Notes: generated by a model from the letters alone, not told the origin. A DNA stretch of 64,000 nt from a virus (IMGVR_UViG_3300033463_000086:12349-76348), one strand, 5' to 3'. Positions 9,925-19,312 are shown, counted from the stretch's first letter. Translations and numbers: made by a program.

Positions 9925-10526
9925 TCGTTCACAACCTCGTATTGGTTAGTCATTTCAGCAAGACGCATGGCAATCTTAGGCTGTGCAGGTAATTCCGTTG
10001 CAGTCATAAGAAGTCGTTTCCCTGCACCGTGAAGCGTCTTGATAATGTAGTAGACGTAATCGTAGGTATAATTGTTATCAACGTAGAAATCGTCAATAGC
10101 AATAACACCGCAATTCAGCATGTCGTTCACAATATCACGGTACGCTTCCGGCTTACATCTGAGGGTACACATAACGCTGGACCAATCGCAGAACTTGACC
10201 TTAAAGCCAGTAAGGATAGCCTCTTTCAGCATACCAACCATTTGATAAGTTTTCCCTACACCTGATTCACCATACCAAATAGTACCTTTAACGAACTCAA
10301 GAGAGCTGAGGTCATACATGGCTGTTGTAAGGTGTGCGGCTCTGTAAATGTTTGGTACGCCGAGTTTTATCATAAGCTGAATCATGGCAACGTTGCTCAT
10401 TTCCTGCATACGGTTGAGTTTATTTGCATTACAGCTCGGACACCACTGAGTAAGCTCTTCCACCTTGCCGTCAATGAGAAAGCGGAAATCAAGTAAAGGG
10501 GTATTACACTTCGGGCATTGGTTCAT
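9915..10526 (-). CDS. DnaC/IstB-like helicase loader ATPase
   Basis: N-terminal CxxC pairs, GESGVGKT, IAIDD; directly upstream of DnaB-like gene. Confidence 0.8.
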   Translation of the reverse strand: MNQCPKCNTPLLDFRFLIDGKVEELTQWCPSCNANKLNRMQEMSNVAMIQLMIKLGVPNIYRAAHLTTAMYDLSSLEFVKGTIWYGESGVGKTYQMVGMLKEAILTGFKVKFCDWSSVMCTLRCKPEAYRDIVNDMLNCGVIAIDDFYVDNNYTYDYVYYIIKTLHGAGKRLLMTATELPAQPKIAMRLAEMTNQYEVVNEWK

Positions 10527-10842
10527 TTTTATACCTCACGATGACAAGGCGTTTCGGGTGGTAGTATTTGTTTACGGCTTCAAGTTCCTTTGTTCCTCCG
10601 GCTATGACAGAACGAACAATGTCCTCTTTCACTAACCGATTGAGGGAAAAGTATTCGTTATTAACCCATTGAGAAGTAGCGAGTTTCTTGAAGAATATAT
10701 CTAACTCGTCTCCTGTGAATGGTTTGAGGTATTCTTGCAGTTCAGCATGTTTCGTACCCCTCGGAATCGCCATAGCTTTGTTCGTTATCTTGATTACTCT
10801 CTTCACGAACTCCACTATTCCGCTGTTGTCGAATTGCGGCAT
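10504..10842 (-). CDS. Hypothetical protein (possible replication initiator fragment)
   Basis: ORF with AGGAG RBS; position before loader and helicase. Confidence 0.55.
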   Translation of the reverse strand: MPQFDNSGIVEFVKRVIKITNKAMAIPRGTKHAELQEYLKPFTGDELDIFFKKLATSQWVNNEYFSLNRLVKEDIVRSVIAGGTKELEAVNKYYHPKRLVIVRYKNEPMPEV

Positions 10843-10996
10843 AATGTCTCCTTTGTTCTTGTTTGATTTGTTTGACGTAACGGTATATGGTTGCAGAAGA
10901 ACGCCCTGTCCTTCTCACAATTTGAGGTTGACTGAAACCAAGATGAACAAGTTTCCTGATTTCTTCAACCTCTGATGGTGTTAAGGTATCTGGCAT
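10742..10996 (-). CDS. Helix-turn-helix DNA-binding protein
   Basis: GFSQPQIVRRTGRSSATIYRYVK, HTH_7-like; AGGAG RBS. Confidence 0.75.
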   Translation of the reverse strand: MPDTLTPSEVEEIRKLVHLGFSQPQIVRRTGRSSATIYRYVKQIKQEQRRHYAAIRQQRNSGVREESNQDNEQSYGDSEGYETC

Positions 10997-11010
10997 TATA
11001 TCTCCTTAGT

Positions 11011-11087
11011 TGGTCGGGGCAACAGGATTTGAACCTGCGACCTTATGCTCCCAAAGCACACGCTCTACCAACCTGAGCTATACCCCG
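11011..11087 (-). tRNA. tRNA-Pro(UGG), CCA encoded
   Basis: Acceptor CGGGGTA/TGCCCCG, anticodon loop TT-TGG-GA, GGTTCAAATCC T-arm. Confidence 0.95.
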
Positions 11088-11100
11088 AATTGTTACAATA

Positions 11101-11132
11101 TAATATACACCGCCAAACTACGAAAGTCAAGC
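11101..11132 (-). promoter_or_regulatory. Sigma70-type promoter before tRNA-Pro
   Basis: TTGACT-N17-TATATT. Confidence 0.7.
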
Positions 11133-11159
11133 GGTGTATCAAAGATTTTTCGGAAATTT

Positions 11160-12029
11160 TTAGAATGAACCACGGAAGTCTTTATAAGCAGGGAAGATAC
11201 CGTTTTTCGCCAAGCGTATAATCTCCAACGTTTCATTCTGTAGTGTAGGTCTGTAAATGGCATCCCAATAGTCAGCAGGGATTTCTTTCATTTTTATCCC
11301 TGCGTAACGACCAACCTTCATAATTGGTTCTTTGCTCATTGAGAACGTAAACAAACCGTCAGGGTCAATGAGATACTTGTCGTTATTTGACACTGTAAGG
11401 AACCATGAGAGTTCACGAGGTTTTCTTACACCGTCATTGAAACGCTCAAGTTGCTTCTCAAACACTTCCCGATAAAGCGTAGTGTGCATGTCAGGTTCGC
11501 CTCTCAACTCAGCCTTACGTGCATTGAAGCCGTAGGGAAATACATCGTTGTAAGCCATGCTGAGATATTGCTTGCCCCTGAAATGAAGACCACGAGCAAC
11601 CATTCTTATCCGGCTTATATCGAGCTTACCTGCAATACTGAAAGCACCTCGATTATCTGTCTGATATGCCTTACGGAGTGGCAGACAAACATCGTATTCA
11701 AGATTGTTACCGCACAGAATACAACCTTCAAGGTCATAATTCAGTTCGGTAGCAACAAGACAGAAAAACTCGCCCTGATTCTTGATGGTGCTGTAGGTTA
11801 ATCCAACATCAGACCAGCCGTTTTCCGCTTTTGTTATCTCGAACGGAGGATAAACAATGAACTGCTTGTTGTGAAGTACCTTGCTCTCATCGAACCTATA
11901 TTCCACAACCTTATACTCAATATAGACAGGGTACACGTCCTTAGTGCCTCGTGTACCTACCTTGTGAGCATAGCAACAGTGGATATAGGCTATCTTGTTT
12001 CCGTCAAGCCAATGGTTTACTTGGAACAT
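11160..12029 (-). CDS. DnaQ/exonuclease X-like protein, catalytic motifs degenerate
   Basis: ILCGNNLEYDV (ExoII-like), C-terminal GRYAGIKMKEIPADYW (ExoX C-terminal/DUF3820-like); ExoI DxE not seen. Confidence 0.55.
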   Translation of the reverse strand: MFQVNHWLDGNKIAYIHCCYAHKVGTRGTKDVYPVYIEYKVVEYRFDESKVLHNKQFIVYPPFEITKAENGWSDVGLTYSTIKNQGEFFCLVATELNYDLEGCILCGNNLEYDVCLPLRKAYQTDNRGAFSIAGKLDISRIRMVARGLHFRGKQYLSMAYNDVFPYGFNARKAELRGEPDMHTTLYREVFEKQLERFNDGVRKPRELSWFLTVSNNDKYLIDPDGLFTFSMSKEPIMKVGRYAGIKMKEIPADYWDAIYRPTLQNETLEIIRLAKNGIFPAYKDFRGSF

Positions 12030-13302
12030 TGATATTCTCCTGTTTGATTAGACGGTCGATTGCTCTTATTACACGCTCTGATGTAATGTTTCTGGTGCAT
12101 GAGAACTTTGTCGTTTCAAGTGCATCTCGTTCCTGTAGAAGCATGTTGCGCTCTTCCATCGTTGGTGCTTCGTAGATTTTCTTTGTAAGCTCGAAGACCT
12201 TTTTATCGACACGAGGACACCAAAGCCAAGCACTATGCCAGAAAGGAATCGTCATATCGCCCCAACAGTCTTTACACGGATTTTCTTCATTGAAAACACG
12301 GTAAGGAGTGTAGAACTCATTTTTAGGTGCTGTGAATCCTGAAATCATAACAACAGGTTTCTCACACGCCCAAGCAAGCCAAGACAGACCTGAAGTCATA
12401 CCGATAAAGAACTCAGCACCTCTTATCTGATTGACACGATGCTGTAAGGTATAATCACCAGTCCAGTCAATAGCTTCATGTGGAGCTTTCTGATATGAAC
12501 CCGGCAGACCAACGATGTTTGTTTTGTCAATGCACATCACGTCAAATCCAAGTTCGTTCAGGTGTTTTATCACGTCAGACCACCCATACGGATTCCACCA
12601 CAGCTTGCATCCTTTACTGCCTGAGAAACCGATACAGACATAAGGACGGTCTGTTTCAATCTGTTTGGTAGCTTTCAGGATAGGCGGTTTAGGTTCGATA
12701 TTGTTCGGCAGTCCCAATATGTTAGCCGCTAAACGATTCAAACCATGCTGTTGATAAGGAAGTTTACCCCATAGCGGCTCAACGTCCTTATCGAAGAAGA
12801 TGCCGATAAAATACGTTGCGTATATGGGTATCTCGGACAGCATTGATTCGTCAGACACCATTGTTATCTCAGGATAATGTGGCGCAAACAACTCCACGAA
12901 CCAAGGCTGTGCAAATACAATCGGCTTGCATTTGTGCTTTTCGATGAACGCGAGTATCTGCGAGAAGTGGGCAATACAATCACCCAGCGTTTTATGGGCG
13001 ATTCTGAACCTGACGTACCTGTCCTTGCAATCGAATGTGGTGGAGAAAACATTGTGGGACTTCGTGTTGAGAGCCACAATCTTCCACTTCACATAATATT
13101 TGGTTGGGGTGGCGAAGTAAGCACCGGGGGCAAGCTCTACATGATATAAGAGGTCCCCTGTGTCTTCATTGAAAAAGCTGACAGACCAAGTACCTTCAAC
13201 ATCCTTTGGTGTTTTTACCTCAGCCCCATAATTGAAACTGAACTGGATTCCGGTAACAGGGTCTTTCAACAGTTTCACATCATCTTCAAACTGTTCCATC
13301 AA
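12004..13302 (-). CDS. Autotransporter strand-loop-strand O-heptosyltransferase (Aah/TibC family)
   Basis: FNYGAEV, TLGD catalytic motif, KLWWNPYGW, FIGMTSGLSWLAWACEKPVVMISGFT...EF, iron-finger CxxC...WCPR...CTR. Confidence 0.92.
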   Translation of the reverse strand: MMEQFEDDVKLLKDPVTGIQFSFNYGAEVKTPKDVEGTWSVSFFNEDTGDLLYHVELAPGAYFATPTKYYVKWKIVALNTKSHNVFSTTFDCKDRYVRFRIAHKTLGDCIAHFSQILAFIEKHKCKPIVFAQPWFVELFAPHYPEITMVSDESMLSEIPIYATYFIGIFFDKDVEPLWGKLPYQQHGLNRLAANILGLPNNIEPKPPILKATKQIETDRPYVCIGFSGSKGCKLWWNPYGWSDVIKHLNELGFDVMCIDKTNIVGLPGSYQKAPHEAIDWTGDYTLQHRVNQIRGAEFFIGMTSGLSWLAWACEKPVVMISGFTAPKNEFYTPYRVFNEENPCKDCWGDMTIPFWHSAWLWCPRVDKKVFELTKKIYEAPTMEERNMLLQERDALETTKFSCTRNITSERVIRAIDRLIKQENINVPSKPLA

Positions 13303-14240
13303 TTTAACAGCTCCTTAATCTCGGCAAGTTCTTTTCTACCGTCCTTTGTTTTCAGGAGGTCATTCAGGTCTTTTCCATGCGACCAATGAATACGGTAGAC
13401 TTCTGTACGGTGTGAGAGTTGGTTTACGAGCTGATGTGCCGCAGATTCACCAGCCGAATCCATATCGTAGGCAACGTAGACCTTACCGAATGTAGCCAAC
13501 TCGTTTATTTGTTCTCTTGTGAAACAGCAACCGTGAGTATGAACAGCACCGTCACCAACAGACATGGCATCGTAGGCGGCTTCCGTAACGATAACAGTAT
13601 CAGCCGGAACATTATCAATACCCCACAGGAACGACTTGCATGGTATCAACTCTTCGTATTCGCAGGCGGTTATGTACTGTTTCTTGACGTAACTGCCACA
13701 CTGAAACGAAACAAGCTGACCCTGCAAGTAATTCGGTATTACAATGCAGTTGGCGTACTTGTTTGAATACCGCTGTTCCTTGACCGTCTTGTAGTATGTG
13801 AGGTACTGGTCTGCTATGCCTGTTGAACTGAGGTGGTACTTCCTGATTACATCGTCAGCACAATCAGGGAACCGCTTCATCAGGTACTCATAAGCACGAA
13901 GAAGCATAGCACCATTCCCCGGCAGTACAACTTCTTTAGGACGCAACGAAATCTCCTTCATATCCTGTTTGTCAATATTCTTGAACAAACCATGAAGGAT
14001 GTGCCTTGTTTCAGTTCGTTTCGTACCGAGCAAGTTGGAAAAGACTGCTACGGTGGAATGGTAGCCGCACTTGTAACAGTTGCAGTAACCTTCTTCCAAA
14101 TTGATACCAAGATGAAAGTTCGTATCACCAGACATGCAGAATGGGCAACAAATCTGAACCCATCCACGCCGACAGTGATGATTGCCTTCAAGTCGGTAGT
14201 CAATATGGTTATCCTCTAAAAAATCAATCACTCGGCTCAA
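13299..14240 (-). CDS. DnaG-type primase
   Basis: Zn finger CPFC...CYKC, TOPRIM VTEAAYD and YDMD. Confidence 0.88.
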   Translation of the reverse strand: MSRVIDFLEDNHIDYRLEGNHHCRRGWVQICCPFCMSGDTNFHLGINLEEGYCNCYKCGYHSTVAVFSNLLGTKRTETRHILHGLFKNIDKQDMKEISLRPKEVVLPGNGAMLLRAYEYLMKRFPDCADDVIRKYHLSSTGIADQYLTYYKTVKEQRYSNKYANCIVIPNYLQGQLVSFQCGSYVKKQYITACEYEELIPCKSFLWGIDNVPADTVIVTEAAYDAMSVGDGAVHTHGCCFTREQINELATFGKVYVAYDMDSAGESAAHQLVNQLSHRTEVYRIHWSHGKDLNDLLKTKDGRKELAEIKELLN

Positions 14241-14356
14241 GTCTCACCTCACCGTTGGATTTGATGTACATTTTCTTGAAAGTACCGTCTTCGTCCTTGT
14301 ATTCACCCACGTAAACATCGTAGGTATCGGGTGTAGTGTCTTCGGTGTTAATCTTT

Positions 14357-14560
14357 TTATCGGGCATAATTACCTCCTGTAGTTTTGAGTGTAGACGTCA
14401 AGTTTACGACATCCTCATTCTTTGCTGTAAAGCCGGGGTGTGTATTGAAGTTATCTGGAATGTACGAATAACCTGCACAGTCATACCCACATTCAGCTTG
14501 TGAGTTTGTCAGTTTGCAGTTCCCTGTATTCGGGTCGTATCGTGTGCAATTTGTCTTCAT
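14357..14560 (-). CDS. Small Cys-rich hypothetical protein
   Basis: Start MKTNCTRY behind GGAG. Confidence 0.55.
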   Translation of the reverse strand: MKTNCTRYDPNTGNCKLTNSQAECGYDCAGYSYIPDNFNTHPGFTAKNEDVVNLTSTLKTTGGNYAR

Positions 14561-14575
14561 AATTTCTCCAAAAAA

Positions 14576-14649
14576 TGGCAGTCCAGCATGGATTTGAACC
14601 ATGACCGACAGGACCAAAACCTGTTGTGCTACCGTTACACCACTGGACT
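14576..14649 (-). tRNA. tRNA-Gln(UUG), CCA encoded
   Basis: Acceptor AGTCCAG/CTGGACT, anticodon arm ACAGG-TTTTGGT-CCTGT. Confidence 0.93.
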
Positions 14650-14654
14650 GCGTG

Positions 14655-14885
14655 TTATTGTTCGTTTGTTACAGAGCCAGCCAACATATCATGTTTAGCC
14701 GCCGCACCAAGTTCTTTTGTTATTCCCGGTTCAAATGTATTCAATAGGTTTGCAATATCACCAATGGAATCCTGAAACCGACGCCCCCATGCATACGTAT
14801 CACACATGTAGCGATAGTATAACAATTTCAGCAGGTCAACACAGAAATGTAACCTCTCCGCTGTCGTGTAGGGTGGGACAATCAT
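14655..14885 (-). CDS. Hypothetical protein
   Basis: ORF coupled to methylase stop. Confidence 0.5.
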   Translation of the reverse strand: MIVPPYTTAERLHFCVDLLKLLYYRYMCDTYAWGRRFQDSIGDIANLLNTFEPGITKELGAAAKHDMLAGSVTNEQ

Positions 14886-15802
14886 TTTTGAAGTACCTCT
14901 ACTTGATGTTGAAGGTGGTAAGTTAAAAGGTCATATTGATGTTTAGGAACAAACAAACATTCTTTCACAGGGTGCATACACTTCGGTACAGGTCCGAATA
15001 TTGTGCGGTGGTCGAAAGAGGCAACCTTCAAGAATGTATCAGGCATTTCGTACTCTGATATGAAAGTCAACTGCTCCTGTTTACTGCACCAATCGTAAAA
15101 CGCCTCGTAATCGAACTTTTGATAGTTATACGTGCCTGTTCCCTTATACGGAATATCGCAGTAAACCACGCTGTAAGGCTTTATAACCACGTCCCGATAG
15201 TCAAGGGCAGTAATTATAGGTCTTTTGATATTAGCCAGCCTTAAAAGCCGTGTAAAAGCGTTGTAGTGTGGCAATACCAAATGAATCGTATCGACCGTAG
15301 ATGACTGCTCCCTGATAGCGTGTTGAACCTGACTGTATCGCATTTCCAGCGTATAGTAATCAAGGTTCTTCAGGTGTTTCAAGTCAATACCGTAACGCTT
15401 CATACCTGCTCCGTCACCAAAGAAGACGGCATTGTGGTACTGGCGTTTGTAGTCCTCAATCTCCCTGCTGTAAGCGTATGTCCTCCAATTATTACCGAAG
15501 GAGAAACAACATGAGATATAGGGGTCTGTTCTGCGCTTGTACTTGAACTCCGATATGTCAGCAAAGTGGTTCTCGTGTCTGAAACCATCACTGATTGCCC
15601 TGTCGAAGCTGTCCATAACGAACTTATCATTGTCGTTGGTGTAGACAGTGCCGAACTTCAGAGGCATAGTTGTAGCGTAGTGTGAAACGGAACCGCCACC
15701 TGCAAACAAATCATAAAAGTTATCTGCGGCTGGCATAACGTCAAGGATTTTTTCGGCTAACCTGCTTTTGCTACCCTGATAAGGCATACCGTATAGGTTC
15801 AT
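14882..15802 (-). CDS. N6-adenine DNA methyltransferase, Dam/D12-like
   Basis: PYQGSK, DLFAGGGSV (motif I), VYCDIPY (motif IV variant), EYEMP; start at ATG 15802 behind GGAGG. Confidence 0.85.
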   Translation of the reverse strand: MNLYGMPYQGSKSRLAEKILDVMPAADNFYDLFAGGGSVSHYATTMPLKFGTVYTNDNDKFVMDSFDRAISDGFRHENHFADISEFKYKRRTDPYISCCFSFGNNWRTYAYSREIEDYKRQYHNAVFFGDGAGMKRYGIDLKHLKNLDYYTLEMRYSQVQHAIREQSSTVDTIHLVLPHYNAFTRLLRLANIKRPIITALDYRDVVIKPYSVVYCDIPYKGTGTYNYQKFDYEAFYDWCSKQEQLTFISEYEMPDTFLKVASFDHRTIFGPVPKCMHPVKECLFVPKHQYDLLTYHLQHQVEVLQK

Positions 15803-15916
15803 TCCATACCTCCTGCGATAGCCAAAAGAAGAGTAAAGCCCAATATCCCTGCCGCAATCAGAAACACAAGCATGATACAGCATCTTACAAGGAACGCTGC
15901 ATCTTCCTGTTCTTGG

Positions 15917-16339
15917 TTAGGCATTATTGTATTCTCCTATTTGTAGTATGTAGCCAAGTTCTCTGAAAGCACGAACCAGTGTGTGCGGTGTTACATTCCT
16001 ACGTCTGCAACATCTACATGCGACCACAAAGGCACTTCTTCCTGAGCGTCTACGGCGTTGTGTGTCAAGAAACTCAAACAAGGCTTCGGCATCGTTCGTT
16101 ACGAGTTCCACCTTGTTCGTCAGGATGTTACGAATACCGAATATCAGACCCATGACGCGCATTTGTCTGCACAGGGTTCTAATTCTCGGATGGTATCTCC
16201 TGTTCAGAATCGAATGGACCGTCCCTGTGTTTGGAAGTTGTAATCTGTGCATAGCATAGGAGTAGATTCTATGACTGTACATTTGATTAAAACGGTCATA
16301 GAACTTATCCATGATGTACTTGCCAGCTTCTTCTTCCAT
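15917..16339 (-). CDS. Basic hypothetical protein, possible DNA binder
   Basis: ORF track; Arg-rich. Confidence 0.5.
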   Translation of the reverse strand: MEEEAGKYIMDKFYDRFNQMYSHRIYSYAMHRLQLPNTGTVHSILNRRYHPRIRTLCRQMRVMGLIFGIRNILTNKVELVTNDAEALFEFLDTQRRRRSGRSAFVVACRCCRRRNVTPHTLVRAFRELGYILQIGEYNNA

Positions 16340-16418
16340 AATCAGTGCCTTGGTTTCATGTCCATAGCGAAGAGAGTGAATAAAATCATAATCAAAAGTA
16401 TGTTTGTGAGATTAATCA

Positions 16419-16730
16419 TTACCCCTCCGTTACGTTATCAGGATTCTCTTCCATCGCTTCAAGGCAATCATCAATGCGCTGGATAAGACGGTACTCTTCT
16501 TCCATACCCTCCTTGAGTTCTCTGAATTTCATATCAAGGAACTCAACCCAAGGATATTCAGTACCGTCTTCGCTTTTGGCATAAACAGGAGGCGTCATAG
16601 CCATATAGCCCAGAATCTCGTTCCAGTACATAGCAATAAGGGCTTCTGACTGCTCTCGTTTACTGTGCAGTTCATGTTTACCTATCCGAGAAAGATAGCC
16701 GTCAAATTTGTAGTAAGTACCCCAACCCAT
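16419..16730 (-). CDS. Hypothetical protein
   Basis: ORF, TAATG coupling. Confidence 0.65.
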   Translation of the reverse strand: MGWGTYYKFDGYLSRIGKHELHSKREQSEALIAMYWNEILGYMAMTPPVYAKSEDGTEYPWVEFLDMKFRELKEGMEEEYRLIQRIDDCLEAMEENPDNVTEG

Positions 16731-16945
16731 TAAGTTGTCTCCTTATCGTTGTCGCTAACTTCCAAAATAAGTTTCAGCATCTCGTTAGCTTGGGATGCCA
16801 GTTTAACATACAAGAAAGCCTGATTGACAACCAAGTCCCTGCCAGTTTCTTTCCAACGGTAGGTCATGGCTTCGATTGTTGCAAGTGTATCACTGATTTC
16901 GTCTACATTTGCCTGAACACGTGAAACAATATTGTCGTTCGTCAT
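16730..16945 (-). CDS. Hypothetical protein
   Basis: Start MTNDNIV behind GGAGG. Confidence 0.55.
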   Translation of the reverse strand: MTNDNIVSRVQANVDEISDTLATIEAMTYRWKETGRDLVVNQAFLYVKLASQANEMLKLILEVSDNDKETT

Positions 16946-17229
16946 ATACAACCTCCACAGCATCCTTTTGGGATTTGCTCGTTCATAGCGTCAATCACAG
17001 CCTCCGCCATGCTGACTGTTATATTTTCGGGGATATAGTTTTTGTTCAACATCCAATCACCCTCGATAACATAGTAATTACCTTCGCTATCACAGGTTAT
17101 GGACCCGCCTGATTCCCAGAAAGGCTCGAATCTGTAATGCTTGCCGTCAATGTCACAATCAAGTGTACCACGACACCAGCACCATGTCGGACCTTCATAG
17201 GTAAGGTTCTCTACCTTGTGCTTTATCAT
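16942..17229 (-). CDS. Hypothetical protein ending CCGGCI
   Basis: GGAG RBS, immediately after a promoter. Confidence 0.7.
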   Translation of the reverse strand: MIKHKVENLTYEGPTWCWCRGTLDCDIDGKHYRFEPFWESGGSITCDSEGNYYVIEGDWMLNKNYIPENITVSMAEAVIDAMNEQIPKGCCGGCI

Positions 17230-17263
17230 TACAATCTCCTCTGTTATGATTGTTGTTTATAGA

Positions 17264-17294
17264 TAATATAGCACCTTTTTCTGTAAAGTCAAGC
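17264..17294 (-). promoter_or_regulatory. Sigma70-type promoter
   Basis: TTGACT-N16-TATATT with TGn and A/T-rich upstream element. Confidence 0.7.
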
Positions 17295-17378
17295 GGAAAA
17301 ACAAAAATTTCTCAAAAAATATAAGCGATATAGAGTATGACGAACAAGATAGCCCCGAAAACAAAGGGAATCAGGTCT

Positions 17379-17678
17379 TCACTTTGCATTTTTGCGCCTT
17401 TTTGTTTTATGTTTTTGCGGATAGAACATGTCACACTTACCGTTTTCGTCAGGCTTAAACCCACACATGCTGACAGGGTACGGATAATCTTTCAGCCTAT
17501 CGGTATTACGACCGCATTTAGGACGCAGTGGACATTCGTTATTGCCACAGAAGGTGATGTCATAATCCCAACTATCGACAACTTCTTCCGTGATGCCGTA
17601 CAAAGCACAAAGCAGTTCAAGAATATCGTTCATTTTGGGTTTAACTCCTCTTCTGCTCTCTTGGCGATACGGTTGCAC
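17379..17678 (-). CDS. Small Cys-rich hypothetical protein (true start probably internal, MNDILE)
   Basis: FCGNNECPLRPKC...GKC. Confidence 0.55.
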   Translation of the reverse strand: MQPYRQESRRGVKPKMNDILELLCALYGITEEVVDSWDYDITFCGNNECPLRPKCGRNTDRLKDYPYPVSMCGFKPDENGKCDMFYPQKHKTKRRKNAK

Positions 17679-17932
17679 ATATCACGCAAGGCAATCAGAG
17701 CATCGTGTTCAGTTGCGTAAAGTAACGACATTGGCATAAATACCGTACCAATCGCGCTGTTGATATAGACCTTTCCAATCGGGTCTATGTGCTTGGGATA
17801 AATGTCAGTGACCAAGACATGTTCAATAGTCAGGTCGGTTGTGCCAAATTTAATATCCGGCATAATCAACCAGTACGTTTTAGCCATCATACTCTTCCTC
17901 CATAGCCGCCTCAGAGAAATCCAAATCAGCAT
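17630..17932 (-). CDS. Hypothetical protein (true start probably MMAKTY)
   Basis: ORF track. Confidence 0.55.
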   Translation of the reverse strand: MLIWISLRRLWRKSMMAKTYWLIMPDIKFGTTDLTIEHVLVTDIYPKHIDPIGKVYINSAIGTVFMPMSLLYATEHDALIALRDMCNRIAKRAEEELNPK

Positions 17933-18584
17933 CGGGCTTGTCTGTTGTTCTCTTCGGTAGCGGTTCAGTTATGTGTTGACGTTTTGGTTTTGTGAGCGTG
18001 AAGCAAGTTGGGAAGCATATCAACTCTTTTGCAAGTTTCATAAATCCCCTGCGTTGCTGTAAGCTGTTGAAGGCAGGTAGACGTTTATTCATCACAAGAC
18101 AACCGACCATAGTACCGTGTTCGTTCTTGACACAAGCGGCACATGTACTGCAAATCTTGAAGTCTTTTTCGATGGACCTGCGTCTCGGTTTCTTCACGCC
18201 TTCATTCATTTTGGCGTAACTCTCACCTTCCCACAAAGGCAAATCAGGTGTGTACCATTGACCTTTGTGGTACTGAACGACATTACGAGGTATCAGGTTT
18301 TGAACTTTATCGAGGTAAACCCAATAAAGCACCTTGTATTTCTCGCAAAACTCATTCCACTCTTCATGGAAATGCGTATTGCAAGTAACAATTTCGACCT
18401 CATACCAGTAAGTCGATTCTCTGAAAAGCAAGATACGTTGACCACGATAGGGCATATGTCGTGGGTCGTTTAGCACTGAATAAAATTCCTTGTCCATTTG
18501 ATGTTTGTTTTGTTTTTGATTTGGATTAAAAGGTGAACGTACCGACTTGCGATACAATGAGGGCTTACAGAAGCACCGAAGCAC
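17880..18584 (-). CDS. Hypothetical protein with CxxCxxC cluster (true start probably MDKEFY)
   Basis: ORF track. Confidence 0.55.
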   Translation of the reverse strand: MLRCFCKPSLYRKSVRSPFNPNQKQNKHQMDKEFYSVLNDPRHMPYRGQRILLFRESTYWYEVEIVTCNTHFHEEWNEFCEKYKVLYWVYLDKVQNLIPRNVVQYHKGQWYTPDLPLWEGESYAKMNEGVKKPRRRSIEKDFKICSTCAACVKNEHGTMVGCLVMNKRLPAFNSLQQRRGFMKLAKELICFPTCFTLTKPKRQHITEPLPKRTTDKPDADLDFSEAAMEEEYDG

Positions 18585-18658
18585 AGCTCTTTAGAGAGTG
18601 GGCATTTTGTGCATTTATTCTCTGTAAGTCGTTGAAGCATAGAGTCAATTTTTCTCAT
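18470..18658 (-). CDS. Small Cys-rich protein (CxxCP family)
   Basis: KCTKCPL...LC. Confidence 0.5.
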   Translation of the reverse strand: MRKIDSMLQRLTENKCTKCPLSKELCFGASVSPHCIASRYVHLLIQIKNKTNIKWTRNFIQC

Positions 18659-18685
18659 AGCTACTCCGATATGGTTGTATGAAAA

Positions 18686-18937
18686 CTACAGATTTTCTAT
18701 AGTTCTGATACACATAGCCGCAGTGTGTGACAGCTCCTTGATGAGACAATCCTTGAGAAGTTTGCGTTCATCGTAAGTGGTTGCATTATCAATATCGTTT
18801 GCAACCTGTACTGCCTCACCTGCCTCTTCGGACATAATAGCAACCATCTTCACTACATCAGCAGGGAAAGTTTGGTGCTTACGTTTGGCAAGAGTAAGTT
18901 CGTTAAGGATGTTATCAACGATTTCTGTTTGTGTCAT
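18686..18937 (-). CDS. MazG-like NTP pyrophosphohydrolase fold protein
   Basis: AIMSEEAGEAVQ...IKELSHTAAM EExxE/E pattern. Confidence 0.65.
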   Translation of the reverse strand: MTQTEIVDNILNELTLAKRKHQTFPADVVKMVAIMSEEAGEAVQVANDIDNATTYDERKLLKDCLIKELSHTAAMCIRTIENL

Positions 18938-19093
18938 TTTGTCTCACCTTGTTGGTTTTTGGTTTATGGGTACGGCAGAAGTCCCCAGCGTCTCCGAGTT
19001 TCTGTTTGTATAACTTACATTCGGTTTTACACAGCTTGGCTTCTGCAATTTTTGGGTATTTGCATGGTCCAGTACAAAGAGAACATGCCCAAG

Positions 19094-19312
19094 TCATTTT
19101 GCCTTAGCTCCGTTCTCTAAGAGTTTGTTGAATGTATCTGCGGTTATCTTATCACAGTATTCGTTCTCTGCATCGAAGTATGTGTTAATCCAACCGCCAC
19201 CGGGAATACGAATGTAAGCAACAACCTGTCCGTCTTGGATGTCAACCTTTGCGTTGTGCCGTTCAAACACATCAGCAAGGTCTTTAAGAAGTGCTTTCAT
19301 TTTGTCAGTCAT
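19094..19312 (-). CDS. Hypothetical protein
   Basis: ORF track, coupled. Confidence 0.55.
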   Translation of the reverse strand: MTDKMKALLKDLADVFERHNAKVDIQDGQVVAYIRIPGGGWINTYFDAENEYCDKITADTFNKLLENGAKAK

